A stretch of DNA of 64,000 nt, taken from the IMG/VR virus record IMGVR_UViG_3300020577_009322, positions 1 to 64,000 of that record; one strand, 5' to 3'. The notes under the pieces are model-generated. The model searched no databases, was not told where the DNA came from, and was given only the letters and a program-made list of their open reading frames with translations. The stretch comes from a virus. Taxonomy: Duplodnaviria; Caudoviricetes. Positions 28,773-37,544 of this stretch are shown piece after piece; the first letter of the stretch is position 1; each line of letters begins with the position of its first letter. A program made the position numbers and the translations under genes.

Positions 28773-29842
28773 TAGCCTTTAGGATTTTGTTTATTCGAGT
28801 AAATACTCTTTTATGTTCCCATTCCATTTTCTTATGAGAAGCTGCAGCAGGGTGTTCTACTTTAATTATGTAATTACCTAATGGATTAATAAATTCTTCC
28901 ATTCTTTCTGATACTTTTCCTGCCAAGACATATATAATCGATGGTTTGCTTCCCATAATGTTCTCAAGAAAATATTTCTGAAATTTCTCCCAATACTTCT
29001 TATGTGAAGAAGTCTTATTCAATTTACATGTCAAATCGGTATTTGTTAGCATAACTCCTTGATTAAGAAGATAGTCTAGATTAAGTGGTTTCTCAATCTT
29101 TGTCCCAGTATCTTTCTCAATTCCTTCATAAAATAATTCCAGAGAGTCTTGTAATTCTCCATCTGGAGAGTTACTACAATCCATAGCTATTCCAGTAGCT
29201 TGTGGTACTTTATTTTTATATCTGCGTGGATATGGCAATTTGTTATCTGTAAAGCTTTTTATCTCTACATTCTATGATTTTCTATATAGTCATAGTTCAG
29301 CATATATCATCACCTGTAATGAGATAGGTGTTGGGCGCTCGTGGATATATTATATTCTCCTAAGAGTTTCAATATCTATGCGTTAGACCTTTTAAGATCA
29401 TTTAAATCTTAACTTGGTACGGGATTGACTGTTTCACTACAGTTATTCCCCGTTTCACCCAATTTTACATGGACCAGTTTATATTTCAGATAATCTGTAA
29501 CATTAGATCTTATCAAGTCGATTAGTTTTGAGCAACTCTTTGAGGATATTCTGATAGTATTATCTGACTTATTATAAGTTGCTCTAATTTCTCAATCTTC
29601 TCTTTCTGTATATCTTTTTATTTTGGTTAATCCATTAAGTACCATACAACTTTAATATCTTCTGGTATTGTCTTGGCAAATACCTTAAAGGTATTATCAC
29701 TATCAGGTAAAATAACCTCTTTCTTAGCATCTTCTTTTATTTTCTCATATATATCAAACATATCTTTACTTTCAATAAAAGGCTTAAACAGTTCTGCCCA
29801 AGCACCAAATTTTCCAGCAAAATCATTATAGTCTAACTGCAT
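28708..29842 (-). CDS. ung: Uracil-DNA glycosylase (family 1-like), spliced (exons 29842-29630 and 29235-28708; ~246 aa)
   Basis: IKVVWYLMD|PYP, QATGIA, QGVMLTNTDLT, EHPAAA. Confidence 0.85.
29236..29629 (-). mobile_element. Group I intron in UDG with a degenerate endonuclease remnant
   Basis: Core elements similar to the other introns (GGTCTAACGCATAG, ATGATATATGCTGAAC); U/G junctions at the D|P catalytic loop. Confidence 0.85.
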
Positions 29843-30050
29843 CTTTATATAATTTATTTATTATTATTATACATAATTCTCTAATCTGCACGTCTTTGCT
29901 ATTTATCATAGACATAAATTTGTAAAATTGTTCTCTGTTTATATCATAGTTAATATACAAATCTCTTATCTTTCTTATTATTAAATCTGTCCTACGTATA
30001 CAAACATTATTTGGACGAGTGTGTTCTAAAGGATAATAAAATCTTGTCAT
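29826..30050 (-). CDS. Shared-motif small protein
   Basis: KFMSMINSKDVQIRELCIIII. Confidence 0.6.
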   Translation of the reverse strand: MTRFYYPLEHTRPNNVCIRRTDLIIRKIRDLYINYDINREQFYKFMSMINSKDVQIRELCIIIINKLYKDAVRL

Positions 30051-30232
30051 TTACCTTTATATTTTCTGGTTTTCTTATCTACACCCCAATATTTCTCCCA
30101 TAATTGATTGAGCATAGAAAATCCTAAATCTCTCATATCACTATTAGAAGAGTATATCATCCTACTAATTGTTTCTGCCTGCTCTTTTGGCAACTTACCA
30201 TATTGTCTTAAGTGTTTCAAGCGAGGATTCAT
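30047..30232 (-). CDS. Shared-motif small protein
   Basis: TISRMIYSSNSDMRDLGFSML. Confidence 0.6.
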   Translation of the reverse strand: MNPRLKHLRQYGKLPKEQAETISRMIYSSNSDMRDLGFSMLNQLWEKYWGVDKKTRKYKGK

Positions 30233-30453
30233 TTTATTATATTATATATCTTCATTTTAGCCATCTTGTTACAAATAGCTATAATTTTATTAGTATTATC
30301 CTGCCATTCCTTCCATTCTTTCTTTTTCCTCTTGTCTGGAGAAGAAGCAAACAATCTCTCTATCTCATCAAAATAATCTATTGTATTTTCTGAATGAAAT
30401 GGTTTTTCCTCTTCTTCCGCTTTGGTAATGGGGTTCTTTTTCTTTTTAACCAT
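30229..30453 (-). CDS. Hypothetical protein
   Basis: Coupled ORF. Confidence 0.5.
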   Translation of the reverse strand: MVKKKKNPITKAEEEEKPFHSENTIDYFDEIERLFASSPDKRKKKEWKEWQDNTNKIIAICNKMAKMKIYNIIK

Positions 30454-30785
30454 AAATCTGTACCAATTTTAACTGCTAATCTCTTTAACTCAGGATCCTT
30501 ACTATAAAACATAGTAGATATTTTATCATATTGTTCTTTGTTTATATGTCCTATATCTAGTAAATAATCCATACCAAATACTACTCTCTGGGATACTGGT
30601 TTGTATGGCAAATTTTTGTCTATTTTATGCAGGTTTGGAAATAATCTATTTTTCATACTTAGAGTTCTATTTCGTAAATTAGTAAAAAGAAGTCTCTTAT
30701 TTGCTCTATTTCTAAGATAATAAAAGCTATATTTCCTACCAGTATTAAAGGTAACTAGATGTCTATTGTTATAGTTCTTTTTCAT
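30378..30785 (-). CDS. Shared-motif basic protein
   Basis: KISTMFYSKDPELKRLAVKIG. Confidence 0.6.
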   Translation of the reverse strand: MKKNYNNRHLVTFNTGRKYSFYYLRNRANKRLLFTNLRNRTLSMKNRLFPNLHKIDKNLPYKPVSQRVVFGMDYLLDIGHINKEQYDKISTMFYSKDPELKRLAVKIGTDLWLKRKRTPLPKRKKRKNHFIQKIQ

Positions 30786-31230
30786 TAGTTATACCTTTTA
30801 ATAACCCCTTACCTAAACTAAATAATTCCTCATCTCCGTTTATCATATTCATTATTTTGGTATATGTCTTTCCTTTAATTCTACCCGATGCTAGTAATTT
30901 CAATAAAGCCACTTCAGCCTGCATCTTCTCCATTTTTTCTATATCCGGAATGACTGCCTCAATATGTCTTGCTGTAACCCATATTTTATTACTTAAGGCT
31001 ATATTTTCTTTTCCACAATTTGTACATCTTATTCCACCTTTTCTACCTCCAGGATACACAGATCCTAACCAGTATAAAGTCCATTTATTATTACTAACGC
31101 AATTACAAGTATCCTCTAGTAAATCGTTTACAATATAGTAAACATCTTTCTTAACTAAATATGTCTTATCAATAAAAGATATCCAATCATCTTTACCTAC
31201 TACCTGTTGACTTTTATAGAATTTTGCCAT
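30769..31230 (-). CDS. Zinc-ribbon protein with C-terminal shared motif
   Basis: CNC...CTNC; KIMNMINGDEELFSLGKGLL. Confidence 0.6.
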   Translation of the reverse strand: MAKFYKSQQVVGKDDWISFIDKTYLVKKDVYYIVNDLLEDTCNCVSNNKWTLYWLGSVYPGGRKGGIRCTNCGKENIALSNKIWVTARHIEAVIPDIEKMEKMQAEVALLKLLASGRIKGKTYTKIMNMINGDEELFSLGKGLLKGITNEKEL

Positions 31231-31677
31231 CTTCTTTTAATTTAATACGTTTCTCTCTGGACATGTAAACAATGTCCATTGCCAAATTTTTTAATTCTGG
31301 ATCTGTACTATTTAGCATTGAGAAAATTTTTTCATTATTATCAATAACTTTTGCATCAATACATTTTTCTATTTCTCTTACAATAAAAGCTTCTCTTACA
31401 GCATTATAAGCCTGATGGTGCTTACCATAATCGTCCCATTTCGGATTCTGGGCTATTTTACCACCTATACTACAGAGTACTATTATTTCACTTTCTGAAT
31501 CAGCCCATAATTTTGCTATACCTTTGATTAGTTTTCTGCTAGCACGTTTTCTTGCTAATTTGTAAGATTTCTTTTCATTTCGTGCTGATCTGAAGATAAC
31601 ATTATGTATAGTTTATCAGCTTCATCCTTTTCTATAATTTTCTCTCTCACTAGAAAATCTATTACAAAATAGCTCAT
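31214..31677 (-). pseudogene. Frameshifted shared-motif gene(s) missing from the ORF track
   Basis: MSYF...KLYIMLSSDQHEMKRNLTN* (31677-31555), and -1 frame ...KIFSMLNSTDPELKNLAMDIV...* (to 31214). Confidence 0.6.
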
Positions 31678-31688
31678 TTTGGATATAT

Positions 31689-32081
31689 TTATTTCCCTTT
31701 ATTTAATGCTTCCAGAATTGTTATAGCTAAGCTACACATTTCTTCATCAGAAGCATCAAGCATTTTAGTAAACTTATCAGCTTGTTCTTTCTCCAGATTT
31801 CTTATATTATAAGGGAATTTTGGAGAACGATCTCCCGTTTTTCTAAATTCCAGCATTCCACTCTCAAGTAACTTATTCACTAATTTTTCTGTAGATGAAT
31901 TTCTTGACAAGTAATCGTTACCTAGATAATCTTGTAATCTGTTATTTGCTTTAGCTTCACTTGTATATACACGAGTATTTCCTATGAATATCTGAGTTCC
32001 AAGAAAATATATACCCCAGCTATCTGCATCCTCTAATCTTAATTGATTAAGACTTTCTATTGCTTCTTTATATTTGTTCAT
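31689..32081 (-). CDS. Shared-motif small protein
   Basis: KFTKMLDASDEEMCSLAITIL. Confidence 0.65.
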   Translation of the reverse strand: MNKYKEAIESLNQLRLEDADSWGIYFLGTQIFIGNTRVYTSEAKANNRLQDYLGNDYLSRNSSTEKLVNKLLESGMLEFRKTGDRSPKFPYNIRNLEKEQADKFTKMLDASDEEMCSLAITILEALNKGK

Positions 32082-32413
32082 TTATAATAATTTTTAAGTA
32101 TTTCTTTACCTAGTTCTTGTAATTCCTCATCTGCAGACGCAAGTAATAATGTGAGCTTTTTTACTATTTTCTTATCTTTACATTTACGAGTAAATTCGCT
32201 CCTTATTAGGAATAACATATCCTCTTCGTCAATAACATCGTTTTTTTCTTTTTCATACAGAGTATTTACATATCTATAATCCATATCAGCCTTATAAATA
32301 TCTATAGGAATACCTAGATCTTTATAATATTTTACTAATTGACGTTTATAGCAATCAACCATCTTTTTTATTACCGTCTTATTAATCATATTATTTCTTT
32401 TTGTAATATCCAC
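32078..32413 (-). CDS. Shared-motif protein, paralog of 32391..32702
   Basis: LFLIR...KCKDK...KLTLLLASADEELQELGKEIL. Confidence 0.65.
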   Translation of the reverse strand: MDITKRNNMINKTVIKKMVDCYKRQLVKYYKDLGIPIDIYKADMDYRYVNTLYEKEKNDVIDEEDMLFLIRSEFTRKCKDKKIVKKLTLLLASADEELQELGKEILKNYYK

Positions 32414-32702
32414 TCATTATTTGTTCAGACAAGTCATGCATTTCTTTATCTTTAGACATTTGCATAAGAGTTATCTTTTCTAAAACATCTTTATCCTTAC
32501 ACTTTTTGGAGAAAATTACTCTAATTAAAAATAATCTATCATCTAGTGATAATCCCTCATCATCCTTAAATGTATTTATTAATACATTAATAAATACATT
32601 ATCAACATCTGATTCATATCCTGTAGGATACATGTTTATTGACTTATAATATTCTTTTACCTCTCTATCATAAGATTTAATCATCCTTAGAAATATATTC
32701 AT
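32391..32702 (-). CDS. Shared-motif protein, paralog of 32078..32413
   Basis: LFLIR...KCKDK...KITLMQMSKDKEMHDLSEQIM. Confidence 0.65.
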   Translation of the reverse strand: MNIFLRMIKSYDREVKEYYKSINMYPTGYESDVDNVFINVLINTFKDDEGLSLDDRLFLIRVIFSKKCKDKDVLEKITLMQMSKDKEMHDLSEQIMSGYYKKK

Positions 32703-33676
32703 TTCAGTAACTTTTTATCTTTCATAAATTTTTCTAATCCACCTAATCCATACTTTCTTGCATATCCATAAGCGTCATTTATTTCCGGAAGTAGATCCTT
32801 GGGAGTATTAATATACTTCCATTTGTTTGTGGAGGTAATTTCCTTACACTTTTTTACTCCATCCCAGTCACTTCCATACCATATCCAAGGACTCTTACTG
32901 ATTCCATTAATCATTTCTACAGTACTCTTGTCAAATATTTTCACAGCCTCTGCTTGAGTAGCTATACAACAAGGTGTAATCATTGTAGTAACAATCATAT
33001 CCTTTACTGATTTTTGTACTATTAAATCATCACACTCCTTCATGTTATTATAATTCCATAGATGATGAAAGGATACATTATTACGAAAACGATCCCCTTT
33101 ATCTCTTTCTGGGAAGTATATCTTTACTGCATCCTCCTCTTCACAGTAATAAGCAAAGACCTTTTCTCCATCTCTTATTTTTACTCTTCTTCTATTTATA
33201 GCCAAATCCTTTACTGCAAAACAATTCATTTTTCTACAGTGAGTCTCTGTAACCCCTGCTTCGTTCCAGTATACATGATGTTCCTTACCAAATGGCTTTT
33301 CTGTAAAGGAAATAGGAATATAACTTCTATCTTCGTCTGGTTGAATAATAATAGAGGATTTTACTATATGAGTACTTTTCCCTAATCCAAACTCATTAAT
33401 TATTTTTTCCTTGGCTTCCTTATGAGTGAGATTAAACAACCTTTCAACAAATGTCATGGCGTTTCCTACTTCTTCTGTAGCCTGATCTTTCCAGAACCAT
33501 ATACCATTTTTAGGAAAAACACCCCATGACAAGTGTCTTTCTTTCTTTCCCCAGGGCCTATTCATTAGACGAGAAGCGCTTCCAAGATACTTATAATAGA
33601 TATCATAACCACCATTTGTAGCAGATAATATATCATCTACAGAGAGATAGTCTTCTCTTCTTACTCCTTTTATCAT
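32699..33676 (-). CDS. DNA primase (crAss-like, Toprim)
   Basis: WKDQAT..GN...FV, KIYFP, KSVKD, SDWDG; position in the replication block. Confidence 0.75.
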   Translation of the reverse strand: MIKGVRREDYLSVDDILSATNGGYDIYYKYLGSASRLMNRPWGKKERHLSWGVFPKNGIWFWKDQATEEVGNAMTFVERLFNLTHKEAKEKIINEFGLGKSTHIVKSSIIIQPDEDRSYIPISFTEKPFGKEHHVYWNEAGVTETHCRKMNCFAVKDLAINRRRVKIRDGEKVFAYYCEEEDAVKIYFPERDKGDRFRNNVSFHHLWNYNNMKECDDLIVQKSVKDMIVTTMITPCCIATQAEAVKIFDKSTVEMINGISKSPWIWYGSDWDGVKKCKEITSTNKWKYINTPKDLLPEINDAYGYARKYGLGGLEKFMKDKKLLK

Positions 33677-33863
33677 TGATAATTATTTTACATAAATTTC
33701 TCATTTCCTCATCTGCAGAAATCATCATAAGATAATGACGATACTCTGCCTCTGTTATTTGTCCTCTTCTTCTATACTTTCTTAAAGTACTGGATAGATA
33801 TTCTACTTCTAGCTTTTCCGAATAAGATTTCCATGTATTAGATCTCCACATCTTCCTTTTCAT
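33633..33863 (-). CDS. Shared-motif small protein
   Basis: HYLMMISADEEMRNLCKIII. Confidence 0.6.
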   Translation of the reverse strand: MKRKMWRSNTWKSYSEKLEVEYLSSTLRKYRRRGQITEAEYRHYLMMISADEEMRNLCKIIINDKRSKKRRLSLCR

Positions 33864-34043
33864 TAATATATTTATCTATAATCTTCATTACCTTTTTATT
33901 TTCCTTTAATAACTTCTCTTTTTCTTTCTTAGATCCTTTTAGATGAGAAAGATTCTCAGTATATCTGCTCTTAAAACTCTTTAGTTGAAGAAGAGACATA
34001 TTTTTAATAGCTTGCTGTAATATTTCCATTTTCTTATATTTTG

Positions 34044-34131
34044 TTACGGGGATACGATTCGAACGTATGCATAGTCATAATGCTATGGCCGGTTTCTCTC
34101 ACCAGTGGGCCAACCACTACCCCACCCTGCC
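34044..34131 (-). tRNA. Degenerate class II tRNA-like element (nominal anticodon GAG, Leu-like)
   Basis: T arm ATACG-TTCGAAT-CGTAT, D arm GGG..TGG..CCC, long variable arm; mismatched acceptor stem and no U33. Confidence 0.55.
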
Positions 34132-34142
34132 GTGTTTAAATT

Positions 34143-34172
34143 AAAAAAGCCCTCCCTTTTACAGGAGGGCTC
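34143..34172 (-). terminator. Intrinsic terminator
   Basis: GC-rich hairpin with U-run downstream of the SSB-like gene. Confidence 0.65.
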
Positions 34173-34191
34173 TCTTGTGATTATTCTAATA

Positions 34192-35073
34192 CTAGTAATT
34201 ACTATTGACTGGTGTAACCACTTTTGTTGATAGAGAGGCTGTAATATCCTTATCTCTATCATATTCTTTAATAGGGGCTAATTCAAAGTAGGCATCAAAT
34301 CCAAAATCTTTATCATTAACTCCTGTTTCAAAACGATTCCAAGCCTTTTTAGCATATTCATTAGGGAATACTTTATCTCCCCTCTTTTCTAACCCTTCGA
34401 TATATTCCATAAAGGATTTTGGAAGAAAAGATTTACCATAAACTTGCTGATATTGCTTTTCACTATCATTCTCATCTGTTCTAACACCGGTTAGAATAAC
34501 AAATGGTGTGTCATATTCTCCATCGATTAAATTTTGCAATTCACTGTAATCTCCGGAGAATAATGCTTTAGTATCAATCAAAACTGAACAATTTAAGTTT
34601 GTCCAGACCATTCTACCTAACCAAGAACGTAGAAAAATAGCTAATTCCTCTTCTCCTAGTAATGCTTTTCTATATTGTTTATCACCTATACTATGACCAT
34701 CCTTTTGAAAGGAAGTAAACCAGGTGGGTAAATTACTCTCTTCATCTGTCCATGCTGTTGTACATGTACAATTTACATATTGAGATTTCAATCCATCTTT
34801 GCTTAATCTTTCTCTATTGGTCAAATTAAATGAGTGAACAAAATAGTTTTTTAGATTATCATCATACAACCAGAATGATAAACGAACTCTTTCATTACCA
34901 TTTTGATCCTCAGACAAATAGACAATCTCCTTATCTTCTGGACTGTCTTCTTTTCCTAGTAATTTGTTTAATTGTGAACGTGTTGGATTAACTGCAGCAA
35001 CCTGCACCTTTGTAAATCCAACATACTTTGTTGTTGCTTTACTGGACTGACCAGTTTGATTTCCTTTTACCAT
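34192..35073 (-). CDS. Putative ssDNA-binding/annealing protein
   Basis: Follows the AAA_24 gene; YVG...V.AVNPT start typical of crAss-like SSB candidates. Confidence 0.5.
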   Translation of the reverse strand: MVKGNQTGQSSKATTKYVGFTKVQVAAVNPTRSQLNKLLGKEDSPEDKEIVYLSEDQNGNERVRLSFWLYDDNLKNYFVHSFNLTNRERLSKDGLKSQYVNCTCTTAWTDEESNLPTWFTSFQKDGHSIGDKQYRKALLGEEELAIFLRSWLGRMVWTNLNCSVLIDTKALFSGDYSELQNLIDGEYDTPFVILTGVRTDENDSEKQYQQVYGKSFLPKSFMEYIEGLEKRGDKVFPNEYAKKAWNRFETGVNDKDFGFDAYFELAPIKEYDRDKDITASLSTKVVTPVNSNY

Positions 35074-35111
35074 ACTTTTCTTCTTTTACTCTTTTTCCTT
35101 TCTCTTGATTC

Positions 35112-35903
35112 TTAAATAAATATCTTATCCCATTCTAAGGGACCGTTGTAACCAGTTAAATGCTTTGCTCTAGTTCCTCCAATCTTCTCCTCAGTTCCAG
35201 TGAAATTTACCTTCAAAGTTCCTTTATCATTATAAACATAACCAATAGCATCTACTTTTCTTGGTAAACTTTCTCTTAATTTTCCAGTTAAAGCTAACTG
35301 TTTTGTAACAACTGTCTCTGTTCTGTCAGGTAAAGGTATGAATTTATCTTCAATATGACATACAAAAATCACACATTTTTTTGCAACTTTCATAAATAAA
35401 TTAAAGATAGTCATTACTTCCTCTCTAGACCACTTGTAACCATAACCATCAGGAAGTGTATGTACACTCTGATAATCATCATCTGCAGGATCGAGGAAGT
35501 CTCCTCCTTTAATAGGATTTCCCTTAGCATCTTTAACTCTATTAAAGGATTTTCCTTGTACACTATTCATATAACGATAAGTACCACTCCACTCTGCCCA
35601 TTCATTTACTTCTGTTAGAGTATCCAATGCTACGTAATCGTATCTTTTTCCTTCACTTATCAATTTTTCAGCCACTTTTTTTAACCAGTTTATCTTACCA
35701 ACTGGTCCTCTATCCTCGGGGACTATTATAGCTTTTGCCCGAGATTTTAGAGATCCTCTTTCTGTGTCCACAATTAGACAATTTTCCAATTCTGATAGTG
35801 CAGTAGTTTTTCCACACTTTTCCTTACCAAATAGAATACATGAGCTCATGTTAATTTCTGGCTCATGTGGCTTATTTGGAAAAATAATTTCTTCTTCTAT
35901 CAT
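35112..35903 (-). CDS. AAA_24 / Sak4-like ATPase
   Basis: FGKEKCGKTT, LIVDTERG, VALDT, DAIGY. Confidence 0.85.
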   Translation of the reverse strand: MIEEEIIFPNKPHEPEINMSSCILFGKEKCGKTTALSELENCLIVDTERGSLKSRAKAIIVPEDRGPVGKINWLKKVAEKLISEGKRYDYVALDTLTEVNEWAEWSGTYRYMNSVQGKSFNRVKDAKGNPIKGGDFLDPADDDYQSVHTLPDGYGYKWSREEVMTIFNLFMKVAKKCVIFVCHIEDKFIPLPDRTETVVTKQLALTGKLRESLPRKVDAIGYVYNDKGTLKVNFTGTEEKIGGTRAKHLTGYNGPLEWDKIFI

Positions 35904-35922
35904 TTCCTTTTGTTTTAGGAAA

Positions 35923-35930
35923 CAAAGATA
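35923..35930 (-). promoter_or_regulatory. Bacteroidota-type -7 promoter element TATCTTTG
   Basis: TAnnTTTG 20 nt upstream of ATG 35903. Confidence 0.7.
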
Positions 35931-35935
35931 AGAAA

Positions 35936-36370
35936 TTATTCTTCATTATCATTATTTTCATCCCTCTTTTTTCTCAGAAATCTTGCTATCATCTCAGAAA
36001 TGTCTCCCAGGCCGCCTATGCCAGTTAATTTCTTTTCCATAGAATGTTCTAGAGAAGCTTTCACGGATTGCATAATCATCATTCTTACCTTCATAGGATC
36101 TGCAGAAGTTATTTTCTCTAGTTCCTCTATTAGCTCTGAAGTTCTCTCACATTTTCTAGAAACATTGGCAAAGTCTTTATTTGCCTGTTCGACTAACTCT
36201 TTGGTAAGACCACAGGCTTCAAAGGAATTCTCTTTAGTGTGATCGTAAGATATAAATTCTACCTCTTTATCCACTAGATTATTACCAATGAATATAATTT
36301 CTTCTGATGTTAACTCTTGATTATCAAAGAGTTTTATCATTATTTGCTGTTTTTTTGTTACTTTTTCCAT
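35936..36370 (-). CDS. Hypothetical protein
   Basis: Coupled ORF. Confidence 0.6.
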   Translation of the reverse strand: MEKVTKKQQIMIKLFDNQELTSEEIIFIGNNLVDKEVEFISYDHTKENSFEACGLTKELVEQANKDFANVSRKCERTSELIEELEKITSADPMKVRMMIMQSVKASLEHSMEKKLTGIGGLGDISEMIARFLRKKRDENNDNEE

Positions 36371-36371
36371 T

Positions 36372-37544
36372 TTAATCTTCTGTTAAATAGTGATAGGTTC
36401 CGCCACTTCTATGACAAATATTTTTTAAATCTCTATTACTCTGCATTAGACAGAGGGCATGTATTTTTATTGTAGGATGAAAAGATGGATCAACAGAATC
36501 ACTTCCATCATTAATTATCATTATCTCAAAATGATCCTCAGATAGTTTATAGGGATCACCCATTCCCTTAAACTTTGGTAATTCTCTCTTCTTTATAAAT
36601 GAAATAGTATCCTTAACACACTGATTAACATCAGTTGTTCCTTTGTTTAAACATATAAAATTCAAGTCGGAATACTTCATTCCTTTCTCAATTTTAACAA
36701 ACCCAAAAACTTCTGTTATAAAAGTACCAATATAAACATTATGTGCTTCACAGTGATCTCTTAGCTTAAGAGTAATTGCTGCCTCTAACATTCCTTTCTT
36801 GATATAGTCACTCATACTACCGCTATCATCTATAAGTATAATGAGATTTTGTGCTCTATCAGCTTTGCTAAAACGGGCTCTTACGTATAAGTCTTTAGCT
36901 GTAAGCTTTCTGGAAAATCCTGGTAAAGCTACTTCTACCAAATCCATATTATGGATCTCTGAGAAGTCTTCCATAGGAGTATATTTAACCATCTTTCCAC
37001 CATTATCCTTTACTTTCCTTCCTGATATTGCCTGAAAGGCCTTTTTTCTTGAAAGTAATGCTAAATATTTTATAAAATTAACATTTAGAGAAAGAATACT
37101 ACCTAAGGAATTATCCTTTTCACCTTCACCTTGATTTTCACGATAGTGATTCAGTATGTTTTTTAGATGATTATCTATATCTCCTTCTCCTTCTCCTTCT
37201 TGTTCTCTGTTCTCAAATTTGTAAGATAATACAGTTGCTACCTTAAGCATATCTGTAAAAGAGAAAGATTCTTTACGGATTTTTTTAACAAACCTCTTCT
37301 CCTCATCTCTTAATTGATGAATACTATCTTTATCCCTCCTAGTTTTACAATTAAAGAAATCATAATTAATATCTTCAACCGTCTTAATATCCTCTCCTGC
37401 CATTGTACAGGAGAGAGAATTATAGAAATCTTTTACTCTATGAGGAGATACCTTTCCCTGAAGATTTTCCTTCTTCAGAAATTCATCTATCTCTTTAGTA
37501 GTAATAGCTTCTATATTAGCCGCTTTTTCGAAAAATCTATCCAT
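36372..37544 (-). CDS. VWA domain protein (ViaA-like partner)
   Basis: MIDAS LIDDSGSM, GTTD, INDG; adjacent to the RavA-like ATPase. Confidence 0.85.
   Translation of the reverse strand: MDRFFEKAANIEAITTKEIDEFLKKENLQGKVSPHRVKDFYNSLSCTMAGEDIKTVEDINYDFFNCKTRRDKDSIHQLRDEEKRFVKKIRKESFSFTDMLKVATVLSYKFENREQEGEGEGDIDNHLKNILNHYRENQGEGEKDNSLGSILSLNVNFIKYLALLSRKKAFQAISGRKVKDNGGKMVKYTPMEDFSEIHNMDLVEVALPGFSRKLTAKDLYVRARFSKADRAQNLIILIDDSGSMSDYIKKGMLEAAITLKLRDHCEAHNVYIGTFITEVFGFVKIEKGMKYSDLNFICLNKGTTDVNQCVKDTISFIKKRELPKFKGMGDPYKLSEDHFEIMIINDGSDSVDPSFHPTIKIHALCLMQSNRDLKNICHRSGGTYHYLTED

Noticed and set aside
21195-30453. Weak motif-like segments in ORFs 21195 (KWKQMFSSGEE) and 30229 (EIERLFASSPDK)
   Set aside because: They lack the second-helix L[GA]xx[IL] pattern, so they were not counted as members.
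13858-33863. A DNA-level repeat, CRISPR array or diversity-generating retroelement as the cause of the repeated motif
   Set aside because: The copies compared differ at synonymous positions, and no reverse transcriptase, template repeat or regularly spaced direct repeats were seen.
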